Shown piece by piece: positions 1 to 12,631 of a stretch of DNA of 64,000 nucleotides. Under the pieces are notes generated by a model. It was not told the DNA's origin and did no database searches. It saw only the letters and a program-made list of their open reading frames with translations. Source of the DNA: Octopus sinensis (taxonomy: Eukaryota); contig NC_043003.1 in NCBI RefSeq assembly GCF_006345805.1, positions 95,914,001 to 95,978,000 of the forward strand, given 5' to 3'. The stretch's first letter is position 1, and each line of letters starts with the position of its first letter. The translations under genes and the position numbers were made by a program.

Positions 1-358
1 CATGGTTCCAGGTTCAGTCCCACTGCATGGCACCTTGGGCAAGTGTCTTCTACTATAGCCTCAGGCCGACCAAAGCCTTATGAGTGGATTTGGTAGACGG
101 AAACTGAAAGAGGCCCGTCGTATATATGTATATATATATATGTATGTGCATGTATGTTTGTGTATCTGTGTTTGTCCCCCTAGCATTGCTTGACAACCGA
201 TGCTGGTGTGTTTATGTCCCCGTCACTTAGTGGTTCGCCAAAAGAGACCGATAGAATAAGTACTGGGCTTACAACGAATAAGTCCCGGGGTCGAGTTGCT
301 CGATTAAAGGCGGTGCTCCAGCATGGCCGCAGTCAAATGACTGAAACGAGTAATAAGA
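1..358 (+). mobile_element. tRNA-derived SINE, family A (5' end cut by window edge)
   Basis: Matches the ~400-bp unit repeated many times in the window: B-box-like GGTTCAGTCCC, body ...GGCCGACCAAAGCCTT..., (TA/TG)n linker, 3' part ending GACTGAAAC(A/G)AGTAA. Confidence 0.85.
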
Positions 359-828
359 AAAGAATAAAAAAAAAAGAATACAAATGTGAAATAAATATAG
401 TTCAAGACAAGACAATTAGTGAACGAATGAGGGACGGAGAGGAAAACAAAGAGGATGACTGTGGGCAGGACCGGATTTAAACCATGGAGGGCCCAGGGGA
501 CTTTAAGTTCGGTGGGCTCCTTATACGCAAGAATTAAAATCTTAGAAAATTACCAAATTTAAATCTCAAAACCCAACTATTTCAAATAATTGAATTTGAT
601 GAGTTAGGAGAGAGTTTAAATAAATGACTGAAAATGTCACTTTATAGATATAAACATTTTTACAAATTCAAATTTTGTTTTTCACATATTCACTTGCTGT
701 GTTTGACTTTTCCTTCACTGTGAAAAGTAAAATAAAGGAGGGAAGAGTGGGGTGAGATTTTTTCTTTCAATGTGAGTTACATATGTTTCAGAATGAGGAA
801 TAAGATATGCGTGTGTGTGTGTGAGTGC

Positions 829-886
<58 letters not shown>

Positions 887-1447
887 GGGTGGAGATACCA
901 ACATTTAAAAGATGGATTTTAAAAATACTTTTTGTAAAACAGCTTCCTTTCATTGTTTTGCAATATGTGAAAAAAGAAAAAAAAAATCTGGGCGATACCC
1001 CAGCAAAAACAGGAAAATTCAAACAGCTATTTCCAAAACTCTGCTTTTTCAGTTTCCAGCAAGAGTAGATGGGGCACAATGAGTAATATTTACTGCACTT
1101 TTGACTTTGAAGAAAATATAATTTTTACAAAAGTTCACTACCCTGCCAAAATGCCCAAACTATATCAGCAAAGTAAAGACCTCAAAATGCAGTAAAACCT
1201 ATAATATATTCAGAACACTATTTCAGAAAAATTATCATTGTACTGATTGATCATATAAAAGTCAAATTTAGGCGGGGCAAAATGGGTACGACAGGACAAA
1301 ACAAGCCCTTCAAGTTCTTTAGAATTAAATTTGGAAAAAGAGTCATACATATAAACATCCATTCTTAGACATCAAAAAGATCAGAAATGCAACAAAATTT
1401 TAAATATCTAGGTCACATGAAAGAAGATTATGGGAAAATAGCACATC

Positions 1448-1826
1448 GGCGCAGGAGTGGCTGTGTGGTAAGTAGCTTGTTTACCAACCACATGGTTCCG
1501 GGTTCAGTCCCACTGCGTGGCACCTTGGGCAAGTGTCTACTTCTATAGCCTCGGGCCGACCAAAGCCTTGTGAGTGGATTTGGTCGACGGAAACTGAAAG
1601 AAGCCTGTCGTATATATGTATATATATGTATATGTGTGTGTGAGTGTATGTTTGTGTTTGTCCCCCTAGCATTGCTCGACAACCGATGCTGGTGTGTTTA
1701 TGTCCCCGTCACTTAGCGGTTCGGCAAAAGAGGCCGATAGAATAAGTACTGGGCTTACAAAGAATAAGTCCTGGGGTCCAGCATGGCCGCAGTCAAATAA
1801 CTGAAACAAGTAAAAGAGTAAAGAGT
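1448..1826 (+). mobile_element. SINE family A, near full length
   Basis: Head GGCGCAGGAGTGGCTGTGTGGTAAG (A box), GGTTCAGTCCC (B box), tail (AGTAAA)n. Confidence 0.9.
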
Positions 1827-2184
1827 ATAATATGAAATTAATGAAACTCAACTAAATCTAAAAATTCAACATAAAATCTTCTTTATAGCTTCTTCACTAT
1901 AGCTTCTTTGTCAAAAAATTATCCAGATATTTTATTAACTACCTCAATTACAATCGGGTCAAATTTTGGGGAAAATTTCTTGAAAATAGTACTTGTCACC
2001 TATTTTTCAAACTCTCAACTTCAACAACAACTATGTAAACCAGAGGTTCTCAACCTTTTTTTTTTTTTACCTGTGGACACCTTTGATTCCTATTTTACCC
2101 CATCACCATTCGATGTTTAAAAAATCGTATTGTATTTTTATAATTAAATATTATTCGGACTTGTCATCCACTACACTCTTAAAG

Positions 2185-2357
2185 TGGTTGATGTTAGGAT
2201 GGGCATCCAGCTGTAGAAACCTTGCTGGATCAGACTGGGGCCTGGTGCAACCTACTGGCTTCCCAGTCCTCAGTCGAACCGTCCAACACATGCCAGCATG
2301 GAAAACGGGCGTTAAACAAAGATGATGACAATGATGATGATGATGATGATGATGATA
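2185..2357 (+). mobile_element. RTE LINE 3' terminal module with (GAT)n tail
   Basis: GGGCATCCAGCTGTAGAAAC...CCAAC(A)CATGCCAGCATGG...CGTTAAAC plus (GAT)n, the same module that ends the RTE at 22033-23695. Confidence 0.8.
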
Positions 2358-2556
2358 ATTTTGTGAACTGTAGACCTATAACCAATTTCTTAACAATTAA
2401 ATTCTATGGAAAATGAATGTTGACAAGTAAAATGAGTCATAAATATACAAGTATATATTTATTAAAATAAGACAGTACTTTACTGTTAATTTTATTTAAT
2501 GCAAGTCTGGCAGTTAGTGCTGCTCTGCTAATTTTAAAATATTCTACTCCAACATT

Positions 2557-3000
2557 ACTCTTTTACTTGTTTCAGTCATTTGGCTGTGACCATGCTGGAG
2601 CACCATCCTTTTAGTCGAGCAAATCGACCCCAGGAGTTATTCTTTGTAAGCCTAGTATTTATTCTATCAGTCTCTTTTGCCAAACCGCTAAGTTACGGGG
2701 ACGTAAACACAGCAGCATCGGTTGTCAAGCGATGTTGGGGGGACAAATACAGATACACTAACATACACACACACATACTTACATATATATATATATATAT
2801 ATATACACATACACGACGGGCTTCTTTCAGTTTCCATCTACCAAATCCACTCACAAGGCTTTGGTCAGCCCGAGGCTATAGTAGAAGACACTTTCCCAAG
2901 GTGCCACACAGTGGGACTGAAACTGGAACCATGTGGTTTGTAAACAAGCTACTTACCACACAGCGACTCCTACACCTATACTTACCACACAGCCACTCCT
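2557..3000 (-). mobile_element. SINE family A inserted in hAT relic
   Basis: Reverse complement of family A, flanked by direct repeat AACATT (2551-2556 and 3001-3006) = TSD. Confidence 0.9.
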
Positions 3001-3687
3001 AACATTGTCAACAATAATTGAAGATCACCTTTTTCTACAATGTCGATTCAATTACGAGCTTTTGACAGTAATTTAGTGACATGGCTGAAACCAGATTCAA
3101 CAAGGTAAGATCAAAGGAAAAGCAGTAAAGTCCAACTGCGCTTCTCCACCAGAATAGTGGATACTTTGTAGCAGTGTCATTTCTTTTCCATACATTATAT
3201 TCATCTTTAAATCTTGCTTGAAATATTTCATCACTCTGCAATACAAAGAGGTTTTCCTGCAAACAAATATCTACATCAGCAACATAAACTTCAAAAACAA
3301 ATGTAACCCAATGCAGTATATTTAACTTCAGCAGGTTGTTAAACTGAGCTTGCATATCATTATGCAAGTTTTTCAAATGTTCAGTATACAAGGTCATCAA
3401 CATACAGATTACTGTTAATTGATTCCAAATTAGGAAATTGTAATAATACACAACATACAATATTTATTTTCTAGAGCTGTACTTTCCCTAGAAAATCATT
3501 AATAGCTCCTTTGGAGGATAGGGGATCAGAGTTTTCTCCTTGAAGCTGTTTGTTAATCAAATTAATCTTATCAAATATATCTGTTAAATATATCACATTC
3601 AGCTTCAACCATTTGTTGGCTGAAATTGTTGTTAGTCAGGAATGAGACAATAGTGTACCAAAGTACAAAAAAAAAATTACACAGACA

Positions 3688-4105
3688 GGCGCAGGAGTGG
3701 CTGTGTGGTAAGTAGCTTGCTAACCAACCATATGGTTCCGGGTTCAGTCCTACTGCGTGGCATCTTGGGCAAGTGTCTTCTGCTATAGCCCCGGGCCGAC
3801 CAATGCCTTGTGAGTGGATTTGGTAGACAGAAACTGAAAGAAGCCTGTCATATATATGTATATATGTGTATGTATGTGTATGTGTTTGTGTGTCTGTGTT
3901 TGTACCCCTAGCATTGCTTGACAACCGATGATGGTGTGTTTACGTCCCCGTCACTTAGCGGTTCGGCAAAAGAGACAGATAGAATAAGTACTGGGCTTAC
4001 AAAGAATAAGTCCTGGGGTCGAGTTGCTCGACTAAAGGCGGTGCTCCAGCATGGCCGCAGTCAAATGACTGAAACAAGTAAAAGAGTAAAAGAGAGAGAG
4101 AGAGT
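3688..4105 (+). mobile_element. SINE family A, full length
   Basis: GGCGCAGGAGTGG head to (AGTAAA)/(AG)n tail. Confidence 0.9.
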
Positions 4106-4142
4106 ATACAATATTTATTTTCTAGAGCTGTACTTTCCCTAA

Positions 4143-4432
4143 TCAGGACTTATTCTTTGTAAGCCCAGTACTTATTCTATCGGTCTCTTTTGCCGAACTG
4201 CTAAGTTACGGAAACATAAACACACCAGCTTCAGTTGTCAAGCGATGTTGTGGGACAAACACAAACATACAAACATATATACGATGGGCTTCTTTCAGTT
4301 TCCGTCTACCAAATCCACTCACAAGGCTTTGGTCGGCCCGAGGCTATAGTAGAAGACACTTGCCCAAGGTGGCACACAGTGGGACTGAACCCGGAACCAT
4401 GTGGTTGGTAAACAAGCTACTTACCACACTAC
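4143..4432 (-). mobile_element. SINE family A, partial
   Basis: Reverse complement of family A head and body. Confidence 0.85.
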
Positions 4433-5073
4433 TTACCTCGAAATAAGTTACCTCTTTGAAAATTGTTTTGCCTTTGGCATGTGTTTTAAGATGTCTGGCA
4501 AAAAGAATTTCCTTTCTGAATTCACTACCATCCAAAAAAACGACCACATGCCAATAAAATAACTTTACTATCTCTCAGGGTAGATTTATCAAGTTGATGA
4601 GGGAATTTTTGTGCTTATAATTTGGCTACTAGTTGCTTTTCCACATCTTAGCTATTTCATCAATGCACCGTGGCACTAATGAGAATCTTACAAGTAAATT
4701 CATAAGCATTTTCTTTCATAAATGACAAAACTATGACAGATACCACAGGCAAAATTACAGTTTCACCAATATCATAGGGTTTCCCAGCCTTTGTTATAAT
4801 TTTAGAAATTTTATAGGATGCTAGACAACCATTATTAGTTTTACATAATTGATTACTAAAAAAAACTGATTCACCATTTTTCTTGCTTGAAATTCATTAC
4901 ACAGTTTTCTAAAATATTCTGCTGGACTGTTTTACTTGTCTTTGAGCTTGGTTTCTTAATGAATTTCAAGCTTAGCTGGCTTCATGCTATCATTTGACAG
5001 TACATCCATGCATATGAAACACATTGGTTTCACTTCCTTCTGTGGCAACAGAATACAGCCATAAGACAGATAT

Positions 5074-5392
5074 TGTGGAGACACAATGGCCCAGTGGTTA
5101 GGGCAGTGGACTCGCGGTCGGAGGATCATGGTTTCAATTCCCAGGCCGGGAGTTGTGTGTGTTTATTGAGCGAAAACACTAAAAGCTCCACGAGGTTCTG
5201 GCAAGGGGTGGTGGCGACCCCTGTTGTACTCTTTCATCCCAACTTTCTCTCACTCTTTCTTCCTGTTTCTTGAGTAATGCTGTAATGGACGGGCATCTCA
5301 TTCAGCTGGGGGGAACACATACGCCACAGAAACCATGAAACCAGGCCCATAAGCCTGGCTAGGCTTGAAAAGGGCTCATAAAAAAAAAAAAA
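5074..5392 (+). mobile_element. tRNA-derived SINE, family C
   Basis: tRNA-like head TGGCCCAGTGGTTAGGGCAG...GGTTTCAATTCCC, poly-A tail, flanking direct repeat GACAGATAT(T). Related head at 33675. Confidence 0.8.
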
Positions 5393-6388
5393 TATGACAG
5401 ATATTCAATGGAATACTGTTAGCATTTCCCCTTAGTTGGAAGGGCAGAATTTTAGTTTAAGCACCCCATATAACCCCTTATAACTTTTCTATGTTTTTGA
5501 ATTGTCAGAAACGTTTTGCAAATTTGTCTTCTCACCATGGGAATTCAAAAGATTATGCAAATAAATTTTTGTGTGTGATTTAGGCAATTTAGCTGTTGTC
5601 TTTAGCACATCACACTTCCTCGTTTCTTTGTCACTATGATGTATTGATATTGTTCAAGAGTAGTCCATTGCTGGAATTTAAGCAAAAAGTTCAGAGTGTC
5701 TGTATTTTAAACACTGATTTTTTAAAAAAAATTGTGAAGTAGGAAATTTTTAGGATTTATGGGGTTTTAAAAAAAATTTTCTTAATTGTTTTTTTAAAAA
5801 TTTTTATTGCAATAAGCATATACACTTCAATGTATAGAACACAAATTCACAAGAACTGGATCTAGTCAGTTTGGCTGCCAGCATAAATTCTGTTCAAATT
5901 GATTTCATATTCAGTGTAATGATACACTTTTATAGGCTAATGAATGATGTGAAAATCATTTTCGCTATAAATCAATAAATAAAGAATTATTAGCAATTAA
6001 AGTGAAATTTTTGGTCATTTTAGTCACAGACACAGTCATGCCTGTTTCCATAGTAACAAGTGGAACACAAGGTTTCTTTTGTCTGTGAGAAAGTATGTAT
6101 TGACAATTATATTGAAACCTCTTGTTTTAGCAATCTGTTGAAAATTGAATATGTGAATTTATGAACTGGTCAACAAAATGGTTTTTTTTTTAAATATTTA
6201 ATTTCTAACGAGTTCTTCATTGCATTTGCATTAAATGTATATTGAATGCTTAAAATTACTTGTTTACTTGTTTCTTTTTATAATCGAAGTAGTTGTGAGG
6301 TGTGCTAAAAATAAGAGCTAAATAACATTTTTTGGATAAATCTTTTAAATTAACATCAACATTTATTTACATGTGAATTTATTTACAT

Positions 6389-6600
6389 AGGCGCAGGAGT
6401 GGCTATGTGGTAAGTAGCTTGCTAATCAGCCACATGGTTCCGGGTTCAGTCCCACTGCATGGCACCTTGGGCAAGTGCCTTCTGCTATAGCCTCGGGCCG
6501 ACCAAAGCCTTGTGAGTGGATTTGGTAGACGGAAACTGAAAGAAGCCTGTCGTATATATGTATATATATATGTATGTGTGTGTATATGTTTGTGTGTCTG
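6389..6600 (+). mobile_element. SINE family A, 5' half
   Basis: GGCGCAGGAGTGG head through the (TA/TG)n linker. Confidence 0.85.
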
Positions 6601-6751
6601 TGGCTTAAATCCCACCCTTGGGTGCATCATCATTCCACTAAATGTGTTTATGGGGAGAAAAATATTGAAAAAATATTAACGCATGCCAGTGACAAAGAAA
6701 CGAAGAATGGATCAGGTGGCCATGAGAAGTACTAAAAATAACAGCTAAATA

Positions 6752-7137
6752 GGTGTAGGAGTGGCTGTGTGTTAAGTAGCTTGTTTACCAACCACATGGT
6801 TCCTGGTTCAGTCCCACTGTGTGGCACCTTGGGCAAGTGTCTTCTACTATAGCCTCGTGAGTGGATTTAGTAGACGGAAACTGAAAGAAGCCTGTCGTAT
6901 ATATGTATATACGTGTGTGTGTTTATGTGTCTATGTTTGTCCCCCTAGCATTGCTTGACAACTGATGCTGGTGTGTTTATGTCCCCGTTACTTAGTGGTT
7001 TGGCAAAAGAGACTGATAGAATAAGTACTGGGCTTACAAAAGAATAAGTCCCGGGGGCAAGTTGCTCAATTAAAGGCAGTGCTCCAGCATGGCCGCAGTC
7101 AAATGACTGAAACAAGTAAAAGAGAGTAAAAGAGTAA
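6752..7137 (+). mobile_element. SINE family A
   Basis: Head, body with small deletion, and tail AGTAAAAGAG. Confidence 0.88.
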
Positions 7138-7709
7138 ATCGCTCTTAAATCACACAATTTTTTTCATAATCATTTGAATTCTCATGTGTAGAAGACAAAT
7201 CCACAAAACTTTTCTGAAAATTCCAAAACATAAAAAAAAGTTATATATAGTTTTATATTTATCAGTAATGGATAAAAATATTTGTAAATTTCTTTTCTTA
7301 GAACATATGTTAAAATACCAGTTGTGGAAGATATGAAAAATTTCTTACTTTTATCCTTAAAAACTGGGTAACTTGGAGATCAGTCTCGTAAAAATATGTT
7401 GAAATCAACTTGTTGCTAAGAACTGAGATAGTTCTGGCGAGAATTCTCTCTCTCTTTCCATCCCCCTCTCTCTCTTTTTCTATAAATACATATTTATACA
7501 CACACACACATTCACGCACACATGGAAATGTATATATACATACATATAGTAAGTAGCTTGCTTACCAACCACATGGTTCCAGGTTCAGTCTCACTGTGTG
7601 GCACCTTGGGCAAGTGTCTTCTACTATAGCCTCGGGCCGACCAAAGCCTTGTGAGTAGATTTGGTAGATGGAATTTCAAAGAAGACCATCGTATATATAT
7701 ATATACACA

Positions 7710-8616
7710 CATGGGTTGGACAAAATAATGGAAACACCTTATAATTTCAAACAAATTTATTTCAACATGGGGTAGGACTACCTTTGGCAGTAGTTACAGC
7801 TTGAATTCTACGAGGTATGGACTTGTACAAAGTTTGAATTGTTTCCAAAGAAATTTTTGTCCATTCTTCAACTAAAGCAGTCTCTAGTGTAGTGATGATG
7901 GTGGAGGATATTGACTCCTTACTAGTTTTTCTAAAATGCACCATAAATGTTCAATAATATTGAGATCTGGGGACTGTGGTGGCCAGATAAGATGTTCAAC
8001 TTCACTAGAATGTTTTTTGTGCCATTCAGTAACAACATTAGCTGTGTGAATTGGTGCATTATCATTCTGAAAGATTGCATTTCTCTCCAGAAACAGTTCC
8101 GCAAGCATAGGATGAATTTGATTAGATAAAATGCTTAAATAGTGTGTCATGAAGGGAAATCATTGAGCCAGAGGATTTCCAAGATATAGCTCCCCCAGAT
8201 CATCACAGATCCTCCACCATATTTAACAGTTGGAAGAAGGCAGTGTGTGTCAAATGCTTCTTTTAGCTGTCTCCACACGTAAACTCGGTCGGTGGTCAGA
8301 AATAAGGTAATGGATGACTTGTCCGAGAATATAACATCCTTCCACTGCTGTAGGCTTTTACTCCACTCTAAATACTTTGCAATGTTTGTTTTTGAAAGTA
8401 ATGGTTTTCTGATTGCAGCCATCCCGTGAAATCTGGCTTTGTGCAGCTCCCAGCAAACAGTTTTTGTGGAAACTAGGTTCTCAAAGTGGTCATTAAGCTC
8501 TGCAGTAATTTTGGGAGCTGTAGTCTTGTGATCCTTTCTAACAGTTTGTGTAAGAGTCCGACAGTCCCTATCTGAAAGTTTTGGCTTTTTTCCGGAGTTT
8601 TGTTTTGATGAGGAGG
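7710..8616 (-). mobile_element. Tc1-like transposon, 5'-truncated pseudogene
   Basis: Minus-strand peptides FSDKSS, VMIWG, FQNDNAPIH, WPPQSPDLNIIEHLW (DD34E-type domain). TIR GGTTGGACAAAATAATGGAAACACC at ~7713-7738 shared with the copy ending at 60304. Confidence 0.92.
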
Positions 8617-8872
8617 TTGAAACAACACAATGTGTGGTTGTTATATTAATGAGCTGTTAATGCCACACTATCTGTTGATTGACTAAAATTACCCAAATTT
8701 CCCAACTTTAATTCCAAATAACATCAGGTTCTTTAAATTATGAGATAAAGTAATTAGTTGATTGTGATCAAAATTCAGAGTGAAAATTCAAAGTGAAAGC
8801 AATCTGAGCAAAATTAAAGGGGTTCATTTTGCGAATAAGGAAGACTAGATCCATGTATGCATATATACACAC

Positions 8873-8904
<32 letters not shown>

Positions 8905-9721
8905 ATGCATAGATAGCTAGACAGATGGACAATAGATAAATGTACATAAACGTACATACAGAAACACACACACACATATTTATAATATGTATATATACAT
9001 ATATACACACACACGCACACACATGTGTGTGTATATATAAGCTTGTTTGTAGTACTATGGTCTTCAATAAATGTTCTCTGGGGAGCAGTGAACAGGGAGA
9101 GGGGGTTCTTTGAGACCAGTGCCACATGTGCTTTTTTCAAACTGAGTGTCCAGCCTTTTATCTTTTGTTGTTTTGTTTTTATTTTTGATTTGCCTACATA
9201 CATAAATATATACATTTACATATACATATATACATACATGCATACATACATACACTGTGATTACTTTGAGTACCACTGATCTGCTATGCCTACCCTATTC
9301 TTTGATACCAAAACCAATTAAATTCTTATAATTTTGTTGCTGCTGTTGTTGTTGACGTTGCTTTTTCTCAGTATTATTTCTTTCATCTTTCTAAGGAATT
9401 TTATTCTTCTAAGGAATTTTGTTTTGCTTTTTTTATATTATTTTTTTCTTTATTCTTGTTTTGAAAAGAAAAGTAGTAAATAAATTAGTAAAGAAAGGAT
9501 TTCTAGCAACTGTACAATGTATAAGCCAACTGTACAAGAGGAACTAAGACTAAACCATTTCCAAAACCTTAGAATGAGCCATAAATATCATAATAATATT
9601 TTATTACATAGACACAAGGCAACACATTTTGGAGATGAAAATTTACTCAGTTTACTCAATTTAAATAAATATCTAACTATAAATATCTAACTATAAATAA
9701 ATAAATATCTATAAATATCTA

Positions 9722-10117
9722 GGCGCAGTAAGTAGCTTGCTTACCAACCACATGGTTCTGGGTTCAATCCCACTGCGTGGCAACTTGGGAAAGTGTCTTC
9801 TACTATAGCCTCGGGCCGACCAAAGCCTTGTGAGTGGATTTGGTAGATGGAAACTGAAAGAAGCCCGTCGTATATATGTATATATATATATGTGTGCGTG
9901 TATGTTTGTGTGTCTGTGTTTGTCCCTCTAGCATTGCCTGACAACCGATGCTGGTGTTTTTTATGTCCCCTTCACTTAGCGGTTCAGCAAAAGAGACTGA
10001 TAGAATAAGTACTGGGCTTACAAAGAATAAGTCCCGGGGTCGAGTTGCTTGACTAAAGGCGGTGCTCCAGCATGGTCACAGTCAACTGACTGAAACAAGT
10101 AAAAGAGTAAAAGAGTA
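9722..10117 (+). mobile_element. SINE family A
   Basis: Same head, body and tail as other copies, with a short deletion in the head. Confidence 0.88.
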
Positions 10118-10252
10118 TACCTATTTTATCAGTCCCTGCATGATCAGAAGCAGTGTAAACCTTGGTAGGATTTGAACTCAGAGATGTAGCTAAATACAGC
10201 AGCACAATTCTTTTAGTTCCCTACTAATCCGGTTATTTGTTGTCCCATCTAA

Positions 10253-10585
10253 AGAAAGGGTAAAGACCCCTTTCAGTTATGAATGACCATGGGATTGCAC
10301 ATAGAAAGTTCTCCTCTAAGGCATAAATCTGGACAAGGTTGTTTATGGAAGACCAGCAGTTGCCCATGCATACCAACCTCTCCTCTCCACACTGCTGATG
10401 TTATCCAAGGGAAAGGCAAAGGCTGATACAGCATGTCACTACTCATTTCTATAGCTGAGTGAACTGGAGCAACATGAAATGAAGTGTATGGCTCAAGAAC
10501 ACAACACACAGCCCAGTCCAGGAATCGAATTCACTACCTCATGATAGTGAGCCTGATGCTCTAACCACTGGGCCACGTGACTTCA
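10253..10585 (-). mobile_element. tRNA-derived SINE, family D
   Basis: Minus strand begins with tRNA-like GTGGCCCAGTGGTTAGAGCATCAGGCTC...GAATTCGATTCC; body differs from families A-C. Confidence 0.65.
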
Positions 10586-10654
10586 TACATATACATCATG
10601 GTAATACATTGTCCCATGTTCAGCATAGTAATATATTTAAATAAAATGCACCCT

Positions 10655-10880
10655 TTTAAGGCCTAGCCAGGCTCATGGGCCCGGTTTCCCGGTTTCAATG
10701 GTGTATGTGTTACCCAGCTGGATGGGACGCCAGTCCATTGGAGCGTTACTCATTTTTGCGGGCTGAGTGGACTGGAGCAATGTGAAATGAAGTGTTTTGC
10801 TCAAGAACACAATGTGTTGCCTGGTCCTGGAATCGAAACCACAATCTTATGACCATGATGCTGGCACCCTAGGCCACGCG
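10655..10880 (-). mobile_element. SINE related to family C/D
   Basis: Tail AAGGCCTAGCCAGGCTCATGGGCCCGGTTTC is the reverse complement of the 3' end of the SINE at 5074-5392; tRNA-like head near 10880. Confidence 0.6.
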
Positions 10881-11055
10881 AACCAACTATTTATCCTGTA
10901 TACCTTGGACATTTTGCTTAACCAAACCAATTTAATGTTTGTAAGTATTTAAATACTGTGAGCAAAATGTTGATGCATTATCAAATTGAAAATAACCAAT
11001 TTATTTGTTAGTTGATACTAAGTATTTTCTTTTACTCTTCTCTATTCTTACTTAC

Positions 11056-11283
11056 GCTGTTATTTCAAATACAGGTGATATTAACTCAATTGAACAAAAT
11101 AGGTTAGAATTAGAGTCTTTTCCATTAGCTTCCATTCTGTGAATACTAATGAAGAATACTATCAGGTTTCCTTTAAAACCTTTGCTTCCAAAATAAATTT
11201 TCTCTGTGCTAGAACAATCTTTTCTATCAATAAATTACCAATGTGTGAAGATCGATGGAAAATCCATTGTTTCAGGCTCCCAA
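11056..11283 (-). other. Candidate orphan exon (host gene unknown)
   Basis: Strong acceptor TTTATTTTCTTTCAG before and perfect GTAAGT donor after 228 nt of non-repetitive sequence. Best frame has one internal TAA; no recognisable protein. Confidence 0.3.
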
Positions 11284-11904
11284 CTGAAAGAAAATAAATG
11301 GAAGTGGTGTTAATTAGATAGCATATTGGAGAGATGTCGGTGAAATTGATAGCATGTTTAGATAATTGGCTGAAAGGGAAGATGGTTCTTATTTCAACAC
11401 ATGTACCATGCTGTATTCATGACCATGACGTTTATAGCAAACAGATTGACATACTCAATGTAGTGCACCAAAAGAAAAGAAAGAAAAAGAAAAGAAAAGA
11501 AAAGCTAACTTAATATTTAAAATTACATCAGTAATGAAAAGAAACATAATTAAAGTTGATGATAATTGTTATCAGGAAAGGCAAAACAGATAACTCTGAA
11601 AAATCTTGATTGATTAATAAATAAATAGGAGAAAATATGTTGGTTGATCAACTTTTGTGTTTGGTATAGTCATCAAGCTTTAAAGGTTGTGCTGCAAATG
11701 GTGAGGAATACAAATGACAAGGAGTAAAAAAAAAGGGGTATCTTCAACATCAAAATCATTTAATAATTCTAATATTAACTGTTTTACAATGAATCTAGAG
11801 AATTCAATAATGAAACACAGAGATCAAGACTAACATAACCAAATGAAGAATATTGTAGCCAGATATTTATCTGTGTTAACAACCAAACTGCATACAGTTA
11901 TATA

Positions 11905-12305
11905 CTCTTTTACTTGTTTCAGTCAGTTGACTGCGGCCATGCTGGAGCACCGCCTTTAGTCGAGCAAATCGACACCGGGACTTATTCTTTGTAAGCCCAG
12001 TACTTATTCTATCTGTCTCTTTTGCCGAACCGCTAAGTGATGGTGACGTAAACACACCAGCATCGGTTGTCAAGCAATGCTAGGGGGACAAACACAGACA
12101 CACAAACATACACACACATTTATATATGTATACATATATACGACGGGCTTCTTTCAGTTTCCGTCTACCAAATCCACTCACAAGGCTTTCGTCGGACCGA
12201 GGCTATAGTAGAAGACACTTGCACAAGATGTCATGCAGTGGGACTGAACCCGGAACCATGTGGTTGCTAAGGAAGCTACTTACCACACAGCCACTCCTGC
12301 GCCTA
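11905..12305 (-). mobile_element. SINE family A, full length
   Basis: Reverse complement of the full unit ending ...AGCCACTCCTGCGCC. Confidence 0.9.
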
Positions 12306-12598
12306 TACAATATCTTTTAGCTACGATGTGTGTGTGTATGTGAGACAGAGTGTTGGAAGAAAGATTATTGTATGTGTAAGAGAGAAAGAGATTTGAGAAA
12401 TAGTTTTATACAATGGGAATCAGTGGGACATTGTTTCCAACTGCAATCAAGGTTATCTCTGGTGAGAGCAAAAATCATGAGTTTGTACAATCACTCTATA
12501 ACTTTCTAGAATGTTCTTTTTTTGTCATGCTAAAGTTAAAATATTTCCTTTGATACCTGCCAACTTCTATCATATCTGCTACCAAATGTGATTGGCTG

Positions 12599-12629
<31 letters not shown>

Positions 12630-12631
<2 letters not shown>

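Larger units (their letters stand above)
2041..5430 (-). mobile_element. Degenerate hAT (Buster/Charlie-like) DNA transposon split by SINE and RTE-tail insertions
   Basis: TIR-like CAGAGGTTCTCAACC at 2041. Minus-strand pieces translate to PMCFICMDVLSNDSMKPAKL (N-terminal Zn finger, ~5040-4950), YIFDKINLINKQLQG (~3590-3540), YLVESGFSHVTKLLSKARN*IDIVEKGDLQL (dimerisation domain, ~3110-3010) and LKLAEQH (~2540). Many stops and frameshifts; second TIR not located. Confidence 0.8.

Noticed and set aside
1448-1530. tRNA-like heads of SINEs as tRNA genes
   Set aside because: A/B boxes are present but there is no complete cloverleaf, and each continues into a SINE body.
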